From Octopus bimaculoides (taxonomy: Eukaryota), in the NCBI RefSeq assembly GCF_001194135.2, contig NC_068982.1, positions 184,068,557 to 184,119,661 on the forward strand: a stretch of 51,105 nucleotides of DNA. Reading direction: 5' to 3'. Position numbers and translations under genes: made by a program. This document shows, in pieces, positions 35,038 through 47,392 of this stretch (its first letter is position 1; every line of letters begins with the position of its first letter). Below the pieces are notes generated by a model. That model made no database searches and was not told the origin of the DNA. It was given only the letters and a program-made list of their open reading frames with translations.

Positions 35038-35200
35038 TTATCTCGATTTCCTTAGAGATATTGGAAATAAGTGTAACGGGGCAATACTTGACAGAGTAAG
35101 GTAGGTGATCCTTCTTGGAGATAGGTCACACTGTAGTGTATTTTCAAAGATCAGGGTATATTCCTTGTAGAAAGGTAGAGATAGAAGAGTATAGGGAATA
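35038..35200 (-). pseudogene. CR1/Jockey-type LINE RT N-terminal fragment
   Basis: Minus strand STFLQGIYPDL*KYTTV*PISKKDH...KYCPVTLISNISKEIE resembles G.FP..WK.A.V.PI.KK....NYRPISL.S.ISK..E. Confidence 0.55.
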
Positions 35201-35479
35201 GCTCTTAAAATGCAATGTTTGAGTGCATGTGTATATACCCCTACTCCCAAACTGCAACTGAACCTTTAGATCCTTTGCCAAAAGAATATCCGACATTTAT
35301 ATACATCATCATCATCATCGTCGTCGTTGTTTAACATCTGCTTTCCATGCTGGCATGGGTTGGATGGTTTGACTAGGAACTGGCAAGATGGGAGGCTGTA
35401 TCAGGCTCTGATTTGATCTGGCAAGGTTTCTACAGCTGGATGCCCTTCCTAACGCCAACCACTCTGAGAATGTAGTGGT

Positions 35480-36032
35480 TGGCACTCCGTCGGTTACGAC
35501 GACGAGGGTTCCAGTTGATCCGATCAATGGAACAGCCTGCTCGTGAAATTAACGTGCAAGTGGCTGAGCACTCCACAGACACGTGTACCCTTAACGTAGT
35601 TCTCCGGGATATTCAGCGTGACACAGTGTGACAAGGCTGACCCTTTGAATTACAGGCACAACAGAAACAGGAAGTAAGTGTGAGAGAAAGTTGTGGTGAA
35701 AGAGTGCAGCAGGGTTCGNNNNNNNNNNGCAAGTGGCTGAGCACTCCACAGACACGTGTACCCTTAACGTAGTTCTCCGGGATATTCAGCGTGACACAGT
35801 GTGACAAGGCTGACCCTTTGAATTACAGGCACAACAGAAACAGGAAGTAAGTGTGAGAGAAAGTTGTGGTGAAAGAGTGCAGCAGGGTTCGCCACCATCC
35901 CCTGCCGGAGCCTTGTGGAGCTTTAGGTGTTTTCGCTCAATAAACACTCACAAAGCCCGGTCTGGGAATTGAAACCGCGATCTTATGACCGCGAGTCCGC
36001 TGCCCTAACCACTGGGCCATTGCACCTCCACT
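35480..36032 (-). mobile_element. tRNA-derived SINE family C (internal duplication across a 10-N gap is probably artefactual)
   Basis: Near-identical to 24160-24510. tRNA-like head at the right end. Confidence 0.85.
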
Positions 36033-36939
36033 AGAATGTAGTATACATTAAAATATGTGTGTGTGTGAGAGGCAACTTATAGAAAATGGACATCCAAGAA
36101 TACATGGGGAAGAGATGACAGTGGGTTGCAATGATTGGTGACAGACAGTACTGAAGAACTGCACCCCCCTCACCTCTACAGGCAAAGCAAATTGAACATT
36201 AAAATAGTAGTTGTGATGGAGACTGAGTACATTTGCATTTGGGTCTCTTGTTCAACGTATCCTTGTTGAGTCTACACCTGCTGTCTGACCCATTTTTTAA
36301 TACCTTCTCACCTCTGCATCATTCATCTCTATAACCCAGCTTCTGTTTATTTATCCTCTCTTCTATTCTCTATTCTAATCTGCTTATATTGAGTATACAA
36401 GGATGGCAATTGAGAAAAATACCGAATGAAACAAACAAAAAATAGATATGTATACATACATTTGTGTATGTGTGTGTGTGTGTGTGTATCATCATGATCA
36501 TTTAGCATCCGCTTTCCATACTGGCATGGGTTAGATGGCTTGACTGGAACTGGTAAGCCGGAGAGCTGCACCAGGCTCCAGTCTGATTTTGCATGGTTTC
36601 TATGGAAGATATTTGTAGACGAGAGATTAATCTTAAAACTAGGAAGTTCAATACTTGACAGTGGTCTGTGGTTTCATGCTGGACTGGGGAACCTCAGACT
36701 ATTCCTTTTGCTGGATTCAGTAATTGGATTGTAACAGTCCTAAAGCACTATCTTCAAGAGTTAAGTCAATTATATCAACACTAATATCTATCTACTTAGT
36801 TTGCTATCAATTTTATTGATCTATTTGTTGAACTGCTAAAAAATTACAGACCATGAGGGAGGACACACCATAATGGCAACAATGATGCATAGATGTACCC
36901 CACCCCATATACACTAACACACCTCATTTCCCCATCCTC

Positions 36940-36984
<45 letters not shown>

Positions 36985-36987
36985 ATG

Positions 36988-37025
<38 letters not shown>

Positions 37026-37056
37026 TACATATGTATATATATATATATGTATGTAT

Positions 37057-37202
37057 CTCTGAGTGGTTGGCGTTAGGAAGGGCATCCAGCTGTAGAAACT
37101 CTGCCAAATTTAGATTGGAGCCTGGTGTTGCCATCCGGTTTCACCAGTCCTCAGTCAAATCGTCCAACCCATGCTAGCATGGAAAGCGGACGTTAAACGA
37201 TG

Positions 37203-37208
<6 letters not shown>
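37057..37208 (+). mobile_element. (GAT)n-tailed short retroposon (LINE-tail-like family D)
   Basis: gagtggttggcgttaggaagggcatccagctgtagaaact...gaaagcggacgttaaacgatgatgatg. Other copies at ~30350-30520 (-), 35308-35470 (-), 36488-36600 (-), 39449-39660 (+), 42608-43045 (-) and 45436-45700 (+). Confidence 0.8.
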
Positions 37209-37256
<48 letters not shown>

Positions 37257-37327
37257 ATTATGTATAGGTACATGCAATTAGGATATAGTCATAGAATAAT
37301 TTTTTTTGCCATGTCTGCCCTTATTGT

Positions 37328-37341
37328 GTTGCTATGGATAC
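37328..37341. promoter_or_regulatory. RFX X-box-like site GTTGCTATGGATAC
   Basis: 14-bp quasi-palindrome with one perfect half-site (rc AGCAAC) and AT spacer, in non-repetitive DNA about 1.3 kb upstream of the C7orf57-like coding exon. Confidence 0.5.
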
Positions 37342-38622
37342 TACAAACAACGACTTCTCTCTTTCATTGTTATTGTTATTGTTGTTATTTTTTTTTTACA
37401 TCTTTTCTTTAGTCATATTTGTCTTGCACAAAGGACAGTAATCAATATTATTGTTAGAAATCAATACATATTCTATGACCAATCTTACTTTGGTGACGTC
37501 GGTGATGAGAGGTGTGATTCTATAACATTCTGTCCGTACGTTTATAGACTGCTCCCTAGAGCGATTTATTCAACTATATTATAACAGGCTAAGTGACTAC
37601 TTCAAAACTTCCTTGATGACTCTCTCACACACACACTCATTAACAATAACATATTAACAAGCTGTTTTACTGCTTTCTTCCTTCTTTTATCACCTGCTGC
37701 TGTTACAGTGTCTTGCTGAAACTTCTCCAAGTTTTCTGACCATTAAACGGTTGAGAGAACTCTTTGCCCCGCTATAGAATTTCAATCAATCATATGATGT
37801 CTCTTCCTGTAATTTGAACTCGGTACTTCATGCTAACAAAAGTAATCATATACTGGATTACTTCACAATCTTTTTATTAATTCAACATTTCACAATGTCT
37901 CTCTACCTGAGGCGTTTCGAGTCATTAATACTTTAACGATGAAAGTAAACAAAGTTTTTTTTGTTTTTTTTTTTAGAAGCGTTGAGATGTATTGTAAGCT
38001 ACAGAAATAAATTCATTTCTCAAACGCGTGATAATGCTATAAATAGCATGATCAGGACAAATTATCCATATATTGCAGAAAAATACGTTACTGGCCAGCC
38101 ATGAGACTTAAACTCACATCTCTGTGATTACATGTCAAGTGTTTTACCATTAAACCAAATTGCCCAGCAACAAATTCTTCAGCAATTTTAGAACTTATAA
38201 ATTTAGCTTCATAAGACGCTATGAGTTCGAGTCTCATGGCTGGCCAGTAACGTATTTTTCTGCATTATATGGATGATTTATTCTGATCACGCGTTTGAGA
38301 AATAAATTTATTTCTGTATTAATAATACTTTAGATGAAATCAGAGTTTCTTTGAGAAAATCTGTTGCCCAAAACATTAGTTGTTCTCTCTCCCCACAACA
38401 TGTCAACTTGTATGTTGCCAACACGGACTACCACCACAATCATACCCATACCAACTTCACCTTGACTCTTGGCTATGAATGAGTATGTTGTTTTCATTCA
38501 GTGGGGATAAATTTGTCACTGGGAAGGACAGGTAACCTTATAATGAATAATTTATTAAATAACATGTATAAACTAAGTTATTTTCAATAAATAAAAAAAA
38601 CTCTATTATTTTTCCTTTTCAG

Positions 38623-38802
38623 TTGCAGCCTGGTTTTATCATTCACCATTCCAAAAATCTAATCTAGAAAAAATCACCTGTAAATTTACCAAATGTCTCA
38701 AGTACCTGGAATGAACGTGTATGATGGAAAACCATCAAGGCCATATTTTAAAGACACAGATTCAAAATATGTTCGGCTTGCTAAGGAACGTGGAGTGAAA
38801 GG
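38623..38802 (+). CDS. C7orf57: C7orf57-like protein, first recognisable coding exon (frame-disrupted in this sequence; continuous ORF only from ATG 38721/38724)
   Basis: Acceptor tttccttttcag (38622) and donor G|GTTACA (38803). Blocks AWFYHSP, SQVPG and KDTDSKYVRLAKERG match recalled human DWYYHVP, SQIPG and KETDSEYVKLAKQGG, but SQVPG is in a different frame and a TGA lies at 38712-38714. Confidence 0.85.
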
Positions 38803-39797
38803 TTACAAGTTCAATCCATTTTTCAACTACCTATTCTAATATTCTATGCTGTTTTCCCTTTAATTTTTCTCATTCTGTTATTGTCACACATTGTCTTCAC
38901 CTTGGTTCTCTAATTCTGATAATGTCATGCACTACCTTCACTTTGGTTCCCTGGTTTTGATAATATTATACACTGCTTCCTCCATGGTCCCCTGGTTTTG
39001 ATAGTATTATGGACTGTCTTAAGGCAAATGAGCTGGCAGAACTGTTAGCATACTGGACAAAATACCAGCATTTCGTTTGTCTTTATATTCTGTGTTCAAA
39101 TTCTGCCAACCCTATGGAGTTGTTAAAACAAGTCCCAGTTCATCACTGGGGTTGATATAATCAACTTACCCACTCCTCTGAAATTGCTGGCTTTGTGCTA
39201 AAATTTGAAACGTATATCACATACTGTCTTCACCTTTGTTTCTTGATTCTGATAATATCTTCTCCTTGGTTCTCTAATTGTGATAATGTCACAGAAAGTC
39301 CCCACCTTGGTTCTCTGATTTTGATAAAGGTTTTGAAGTCTACACTAGAACAATGTATTTATGTTGTGTTTTTAGTTGGATTTTATTATCATTTCACATC
39401 TGGTTTCCATGCTGGCAGGCGTTAGACCTGGATTCTATTATTTTATTTGTTGCCAGTACCGTGTGACTGGCCCTTGTGCCGGTGGCACGTAAAAGCACCC
39501 ACTACACTCTCTGAGTGGTTGGCGTTAGGAAGGGCATCCAGCTGTAGAAACTCTGATCAGATTGGAGCCTGGTGCAGCCTTCTGGCTTGCTAGTCCTCAG
39601 TCAGATCGTCCAACCCATGCTAGCATGGAAAGCGGACGTTAAACGATGATGATGATGATGACCATGTTAGAGTCCTTTATTACATTTCTTTTAATAAATT
39701 GAAACTGTATTGTAAGATCCCTTGGGTTGTAGATTCAATTTATTACCAAGTTTGAAACTGTCACCTGGTCTTTGGATGCTTTTCGCAGAGTCTACAT

Positions 39798-40560
<763 letters not shown>

Positions 40561-40921
40561 GCTACACTGAAGCACATATACCAGGTTTCTAGTCTGAAGA
40601 GTTTTTTCCTCCAATCCCTCCCTCCAGTCTCAAAGACCCCGTAAATGGTCATGGACACTGCCTGTCTTCTTCTATGCAAATCAGAGAGAGAATACAAAAA
40701 CAAAGAAAATAAACAGTTGTTTGATAGAATCTGTAGAGCAACGAAAGCCATGTCTTATGCTATCTTGTTCTTTTTTTATATTTTGATTTCCAATCCTGCC
40801 CAGATTGATTTCTTGTTCCCCTTCCTGGACCACCGGTCATATTTTGGAGGCTGATGTAAGTGACAGTTTCTTCCAAACCAAATTTGCGACCTTGTGGACA
40901 ATATCGGAAATTATTATTATG

Positions 40922-40962
<41 letters not shown>

Positions 40963-41026
40963 CATTCTTCTTCTTCTTCTTCTTATTATTATTATCATTA
41001 TTATTATTATCATCATCATCATCATC

Positions 41027-41368
41027 GTTTTACTTCTCAGAGTGCTTGGTCTCTTGTTTGTTCTGGTTGATTCTGTGAGAGCGGATACCAGTCTGTTGTC
41101 GGAGATCTCACAGGGTCTCTTTCCGCACATTATAAGCTTTGATACTTGGTTGTTAATTATTGTGGCAGACATTCAACAACTAAGTACCAATCTCAAAATC
41201 CTAGCTGTTCCCAGCAGAGCAGTTTTGGGGGCTTGCTCTGCTCTCATGTCAATCCTGCTTTCTATGACATATTTCTTGAACTTGGCTGTTAGTGCTCCGA
41301 GTGCCCCTATAACTACTGGGATAACAGACACTCTCCTCATAGTTCACATTCTTGCAACTTCGTCTTTT
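41027..41368 (-). mobile_element. 5'-truncated R4/Dong-like LINE 3' end inserted in (TAA)n
   Basis: Minus strand KDEVARM*TMRRVSVIPVVIGALGAL...KTALLGTARILRLVLSC* plus 3'UTR. (ATT)n on both sides (40910-41025 and 41369-41404). Confidence 0.8.
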
Positions 41369-41931
41369 ATTATTATTATTATTTATTATTAATATTATTA
41401 TTATTTGTAGAGTTAAAAAATGAAATTTCATGTTTGTGTCTGATGTAGTGTTACGGTTGTTGTTTTAGTGTTGATGAAGTGTTGTCATATTATTATAATT
41501 ATGTTGTGTTTGTTGTATTATAATGTTGATCTAGTGCTTATGTAATGTGTTATTATAGGATTCTTACAATGTTGTTACTGTGTTGTTGTTGTTGCAGAGC
41601 TGTTGTATTATGTAGTGTTGTAGGTAAAATTCCATCAAGGCCAACTTTGACTTTCATCTTTTTGGGGTTGATAAAATAAGTACCGGATGGACACTGGGGT
41701 CAATGTAATTGACTTACTCCCTCCCCCAGAATTGCTGGCCTTGTACCCAAATTTGAAACCATTAGGTAGTGTTGTAACACTATTGTGGTGTTTTTTGTGG
41801 TGCTGTGTTGTAGTGGTATTATAGTGTTACTGTAGTGTTGTAACATTGTTGTTGTTGTGTTGATGTATTGCTATTATGATGTTGTAATGTTCTAATTGTC
41901 TTTACTGTTGTTATTGTTGTTGTTGTTTTAG

Positions 41932-42046
41932 ATTTGTTAAAACATGAAGAAACTGCTGGGAAACCAAATGCTGTACCTTATAATCGAGTAAATTGGTTTT
42001 ATTTGGAGGATAATGCTGCAGAAGATGCCCAGAAGAGGAAGAGTGT
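41932..42046 (+). CDS. C7orf57: C7orf57-like protein, exon 2
   Basis: ttttag|AT...GT|gtaagt. The phase-1 join gives DLLKHEETAGKPNAVPYNRVNWFYLEDNAAEDAQKRKS (recalled human DLLKHF...VAYSLPDWY). Confidence 0.9.
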
Positions 42047-44242
42047 GTAAGTGCTTTATCGTTGTTGTTAACTCTGTCTGTGAGAACACCTACAACCATG
42101 GGTGTTCCAGTGATGGCCATCCTATCTTTTTATGCTTCAAGGACATTGTCTGATGTGTCCTTGTTTATGTAACACATAAGGTGTAGTGTGTAATTTGAGG
42201 GAGGTTTGACTGCCATTTATAGCAGTTCAACAAGTGAGTATATAGAGTCTCTCTTGGCTGTGTTTGTTGTTTTTATTGAGGAAGGACAAATTTGTGACTA
42301 AGATGAAGGGTGAGTAGCTCATTACAGATTATCAGATTTACGTAGACACTAGCTCATTATAGTAACAGTGATGTTGCTACAGAATGGCCACACATCTAAA
42401 CGGATGCATTAATTAATATATACTTTACTGATTAATTTGTTTTCTAGGCTTCATTTCTGTTGAGTTAGAAAACAGAGATGTCTTCAAGCTTTGTATTGTT
42501 GGAACACAACTTTGTCTTCGTAAACTGGTTGAAAGGAATATACACAGCTGTAGACTGATGTAATCTTTAGCCAAGCCCTTGGAAGGATTTGAACTGAAAG
42601 CTAGTGAATCATCATCATCATCATCATTGTTTAACGTCCGCTTTTCATGCTAGCATGGGTTGGACGATTTGACTGAGGACTGGTGGACCAGGTGGCTACA
42701 CCAGGCTCCAATCTGATTTGGCAGAGTTTCTACAGCTGGATGCCCTTCCTAACTCCAACCACTTTGAGAGTGTAGTGGGTGCTTTTACGTGCCACTGGAA
42801 CGAAGGCCAGTCAGGTGGGTACTGGCAACAGCCACGCTCAAATGATGTTTTTTATATGCCACCTGCACAGGAGCCAGTCCAGCGGTACTGGCAACGATCT
42901 CGCTCGAATGTCTTTTCATGTGCCACTGGCACAAGTGGCAGTAAGGCGACGTTGGTCACGATCACACTCAAATGGTGCTATATACATGCCACCGGCACGA
43001 AAGCCAGACAGCTGGTGCTCTGGCAACGATCACGCTCGGACAGTGCATCAATTGTGTATCTTCATAAGGTGACCAGGTAGCAGAATTGTTAGCACACTGG
43101 GTAAAATGCTTAGTGGCATTTTGTCTGTCTTTATGTTCTGAGTTCAAATTCTGCCAAGGTGACTCTGCTTTCATCCTTTCGGGATCAGTAAAATAAGTAC
43201 CAGTTGAACATTGGGGTCAATGTAATTGACTTACCCTTTCCCTCAAAATTGCTGACCTTGTGCCAGCATATGAAACTAATAATGTATCTTCATGTGATTC
43301 ACTGATTTGTACCACTAAGGGTCGCATATCATTTCTAATAGAGACACCTTACAGCAAAAAAACCCCTGTTCTTTGTAGCAGTAGGGTGATATCATTTCAT
43401 TTCAACAAACTATGTCTGTACCAGTTACATAACAGAATTAGTTCAAATGATTTTCTCTTATTCTTAAAAGATGTCATATTATGATAGTGGAGATGTTTTG
43501 TAGTATTTGACTCAATGTGTCTGAAGAGTACTTATGGCATTGTGCAATGACAATATGTTCAGCAATTTGAACAGCTCTCAGTGACAAAATTTGGTATTAG
43601 TCCTTTCAAGACATGTAGATTGCTGTATATTTTTTTTTTCCATTCTTGTCTCAGAGAATAGTATCTTAAAAGTGCTGACCTCTCCCAATTGCTGCATAGA
43701 GTCAATGCTTGTAATAAAAGAAAGTTGGATTATCTCCAGTTTAGTTGTGTGCTTTATAAGTCAACTATAATCAGGCTTGGATGTCCAGCTCAATGAGAAT
43801 AACTCTTCCACAGAGCCAACTTCTGTTTTTGCTTCTTTTTTTTTCCAAATTTTCTCCAAAACTATCCTGCCAGTCAACAGGACACTGTTTCCATCTTAGT
43901 AAAATATGCAACATTGTTGTTATTATTTGACCAAGATGGTTTATTTGTTGTAACTAATAATTATATTCACCGGGGGATGTGCCCTTCTTATCACTAATTA
44001 TTCATCTAAAGTAGGAAGTGACCAAGCTTATTTCTGCTCACTCAGGCACATTGTAACAAGCAGAGTTAAGTGACTTGCTCAGAAGCTCAACACTATGACC
44101 CTAGTACAATTTGAACTTATGACCGTGTGATTAGTATTGTAGCACCCTAACCTTGTAGTTACTACATCTTGTATACATAAATGTTATGCATTTTTTATTA
44201 TCTTTTACTTAATTTTTATGTATTATGTATTATCTATTGAAG

Positions 44243-44623
44243 CAATTGGACGTTTGGTGCCCCAGAATATATGAGTAATGTTTCCTCACCCAAGTCAGAG
44301 TCTAGTGAGACCAAAGAAGACTATGAGGTTTCAAGCCCCAAGGAGTGTGAAGTCAAACCTGTGAAAACTGAACCAGCTGGGCTCAATAGAAAACTTGAAA
44401 GCTATGATCACCCATTTATTCACGGTTATTACTCTCCAACTGAGCCTAAGGAGAACAGAAATGAAGAGAGAGAAGAAGAAGAGGAAAGTGTAAGTGATCA
44501 GTTGTCAGAGAAGAATGATTTTGAAAATGTGATGGCTGAACCATTACCAGTGACACAGCAGATCAAGAAAGCCACAGCACATCCACAGCAATGGAAAAAC
44601 CCAATCACACAGACTGAAATAAG
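44243..44623 (+). CDS. C7orf57: C7orf57-like protein, exon 3
   Basis: The phase-2 join gives VNWTFGAPEYMSNVSSPK...TQTEI (recalled human MPDYM). Open 381-nt frame, donor AG|GTTTGT. Confidence 0.85.
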
Positions 44624-44649
44624 GTTTGTGACCACTGTGTTCAATTATC

Positions 44650-45100
44650 ATCTACCCTTCGTAAACACTGTTTCTTCATGTTAAACTTGTGTTCCCCCAT
44701 TGTGTCCCCATGTCATCTCTGTCTCCACTGTGTCTTCATGTCAACTTTGTGTCTCCACTGTCATCTTAATTCAACTACATCTCCACTGTTTTGTCAGCAG
44801 CTCTTGTTTCTTCACTGTCCTCTCTGTCTCCTCATTTTCAATTCTGTGTCTCCTCTATCTCCTCTTGACAACTTTCACTCTCTATTGCCTCCTGATGTCA
44901 ACACAAGACTCATATTGTTGCCTCCTGTTAACTTTATGTTCCCACTGTCTCCTCACATCAACTGTGCTGCCTAACTGTCTCCTTGTGTCAACTATTTCCT
45001 CATATCAGCCGTGTCCCTACTATTTCCTCATATCAATACCGTGGCTCTACTCTCTCTCCTCATGTGATTTAAGACTATGTTTTATCTATCTGTCACACTG
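44650..45100. repeat. Degenerate (tgtgtctccactgtc-like) tandem repeat in intron 3
   Basis: Recurrent tgtgtctcc/cactgtc units, C/T-rich. Confidence 0.6.
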
Positions 45101-46116
45101 TTCATTCATACATTTGTTACATCAAACTGTGTCAAGTGCCTGTAACCAGGTAGAGATGTCTTGCATTAAAGGAGATACATGGCTACCTTGGTAGGAGAGA
45201 AAATGGAGAAAATCTGATGGTGGGTTTGTACACTCAAGTTACTGGGTGGTGTATATAAGTGAAGTGGAACCAAGGGTTGGCTAAAGTGTATATATGTATT
45301 GGGAGTATTTGTGTATTCTTTCTGAGTGTCTCCTGTTCACCTGATATATGTTGGAGTGTTACCAAGTTAATTGCCCAGATCATTTAGATCCCCATTACTT
45401 TGTGTGTGTGTGTGTGTATCAATGATGATGGTGATGATTGGCTCCTGTGCAGGTGGCACGTAAAATACACCATTTTGAGCGTGGCCGTTGCCAGTACCTC
45501 CTGACTGGCCTCCGTGCCAGTGGCACGTAAAAGCACCCACTACACTCTCAGAGTGGTTGGCGTTAGGAAGGGCATTCAGATGTAGAAACTCTGCCAGATC
45601 AGATTGGAGCCTGGTGTAGTCATCTGGTTCACCAGTCCTCAGTCAAATCGTCCAACCCATGCTAGCATGGAAAGCGGACGTTAAACGATGATGATGATGA
45701 GAGAGAGTGGGAGAAAGACAAACTCACCTAGGCTTTTGAGATAAAGATAGCATGTATTTCATCAACTGTACCACACTCCCTCAATGAATTGTGTACTCGA
45801 GTCAAGAAGTTTGCCTTACAAGGAATTGCTGCCAAATCTTCTGAATTCATGACTGTCACCTTAAGGGACATACATGTTAGATAATGTAGCTCTAGGTTTC
45901 ACTAAAATACAAGATAGTGATGATGGCATTTGATTACAGAACAAGAACTGCAAGCTATTGAGTTACTGACCATAATGTTCTGACAAACCGACTTAGAATT
46001 TTTTGCCACATTATAACTGTCTCGACTTGTTGCATGTCCTTTAGTGTAGACATTTTGAAAAGCTATTTTTACAGACCTAATTGTCCATAACTAAGTAATC
46101 TTCTTTTCACTTTCAG

Positions 46117-46273
46117 TGGTGATGCTCCTATGAAGGGAAGTGGAAAGAAATGTTGTCCAAGGGAAAATGCTTGTACATCAATGTCAAAACTCTTGTCATT
46201 TGGCTATGCACAAGATTGGCATTCCAAGAAGGATGGATCAGGAGAATCGAACAGCCCCAATGAGAACCCATAA
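46117..46273 (+). CDS. C7orf57: C7orf57-like protein, last coding exon
   Basis: Strong acceptor ttcttttcactttcag. The phase-2 join gives SGDAPMKG...TSMSKLLSFGYAQDWH...ENP* (recalled human TNFSKLISNGYKDEW). The spliced ORF from 38721 is 735 nt (244 aa plus stop). Confidence 0.9.
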
Positions 46274-46706
46274 AAGTTTTATATATATATAAATGCATGT
46301 ATGTATGTGTACTTATATGTAGATATAAATTAATAAATTAATAATAATTACCTAATTACAATCTTGGAGAAATTTGCACATTCCACAATATATATTGCGT
46401 GATACAATTTGCAGAATGCACATTATATAATATGTGATGTAATGCAAGTAATAATGTTTTACATCATCCACTATAAAACATACCTGATGTGTGTGTGTGT
46501 GTGTGTGAACATACCTGATATGTATGTGTATGTATATATGTATACATACAAACTAACATTTGTTTTTATAAGTGTCAAAATGTGTATAGAATGATACAAA
46601 TTAGATGATATTTTTTTGAATGCAGAATTGCCATTAGAACAGCAAAAATACTGGGTAAATTACTCTTACAAAGTGGAAAAATTTGTGTGTATGTGTATAT
46701 ATGTAT

Positions 46707-46777
<71 letters not shown>

Positions 46778-47049
46778 ATATTTGCCAGCATATAAGATGT
46801 GCTTTTTTTTTCTTAATGCATCCAAAAATTGCCTCTGCATCTAATACAGCTGTTTTACAGGTGGGAGACTGAGCATCATATGCTAAAGAGCTGAATATAA
46901 GCATAATTCCCGTAGGCACAATAATTGTTAATACTAATAAAATATTGAAAGTAAGCCAAATTATCACAGATTGATAACAAAAACTTACTAAAAAATTGCT
47001 TAGAGTATGGCAGTTATGTAGGGACATCAGATCATCTCTAAATTTTTTT

Positions 47050-47292
47050 TACATTATTTACATTGGTTGTGTATTTGAATAAATAATAATAATAATAATA
47101 ATAATAATATCAGCAAAAAAATACCTTAGGAATGAGAATCTAGGGTTGGGTTCAAAATTTTACTAGGACACCTGATGAAGGCTGGAGAGTACATCTGCCG
47201 AAATGTTGTGGTAACAACAAATAAGATGAGGACACATATCCATCCAATGTAAATAACGTGCAGAATTCCTCATCTCTAAAATACAGGACAGT
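47050..47292 (+). mobile_element. Penelope-like element terminal-repeat (pLTR) remnant
   Basis: Contains gacac-CTGATGA-aggctg...ctgcc-GAAA-tgtt-gtg, the minimal hammerhead arrangement typical of PLE pLTRs, and an (AAT)n tract. Confidence 0.6.
47166..47213 (+). ncRNA. Minimal type-I hammerhead ribozyme motif (degenerate copy)
   Basis: Core CUGAUGA (47172-47178) and GAAA (47200-47203). Helix II ggc/gcc, helix I gacac/gtggt, helix III AAUGUU where a palindromic AACGUU is expected. Confidence 0.55.
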
Positions 47293-47392
47293 ATCACGTC
47301 ATCTCATTATACATCCTAATCCATATCTGTTAAATGGCGTACATTATTCAATGGCACTGTTACCTTTAAGAAACAATTGTTTATCACCTGAT

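Noticed and set aside
35556-35891. 163-bp perfect tandem duplication inside a SINE
   Set aside because: The identical copies abut a 10-N gap, the typical signature of unmerged overlapping contigs.
38712-38714. A-to-I editing of UGA to Trp as the fix for exon 1
   Set aside because: Read-through would join WFYH to KDTDS but replace the conserved SQVPG block with unrelated sequence, so it does not explain the homology pattern. Kept only as a remote possibility.
42448-42560. Extra exon in intron 2 (good acceptor, frame FISVELENRDVFKL...)
   Set aside because: Exons 2 and 3 already join in phase. The phase-2 frame here hits TGA within five codons, and the open frame has no family similarity.
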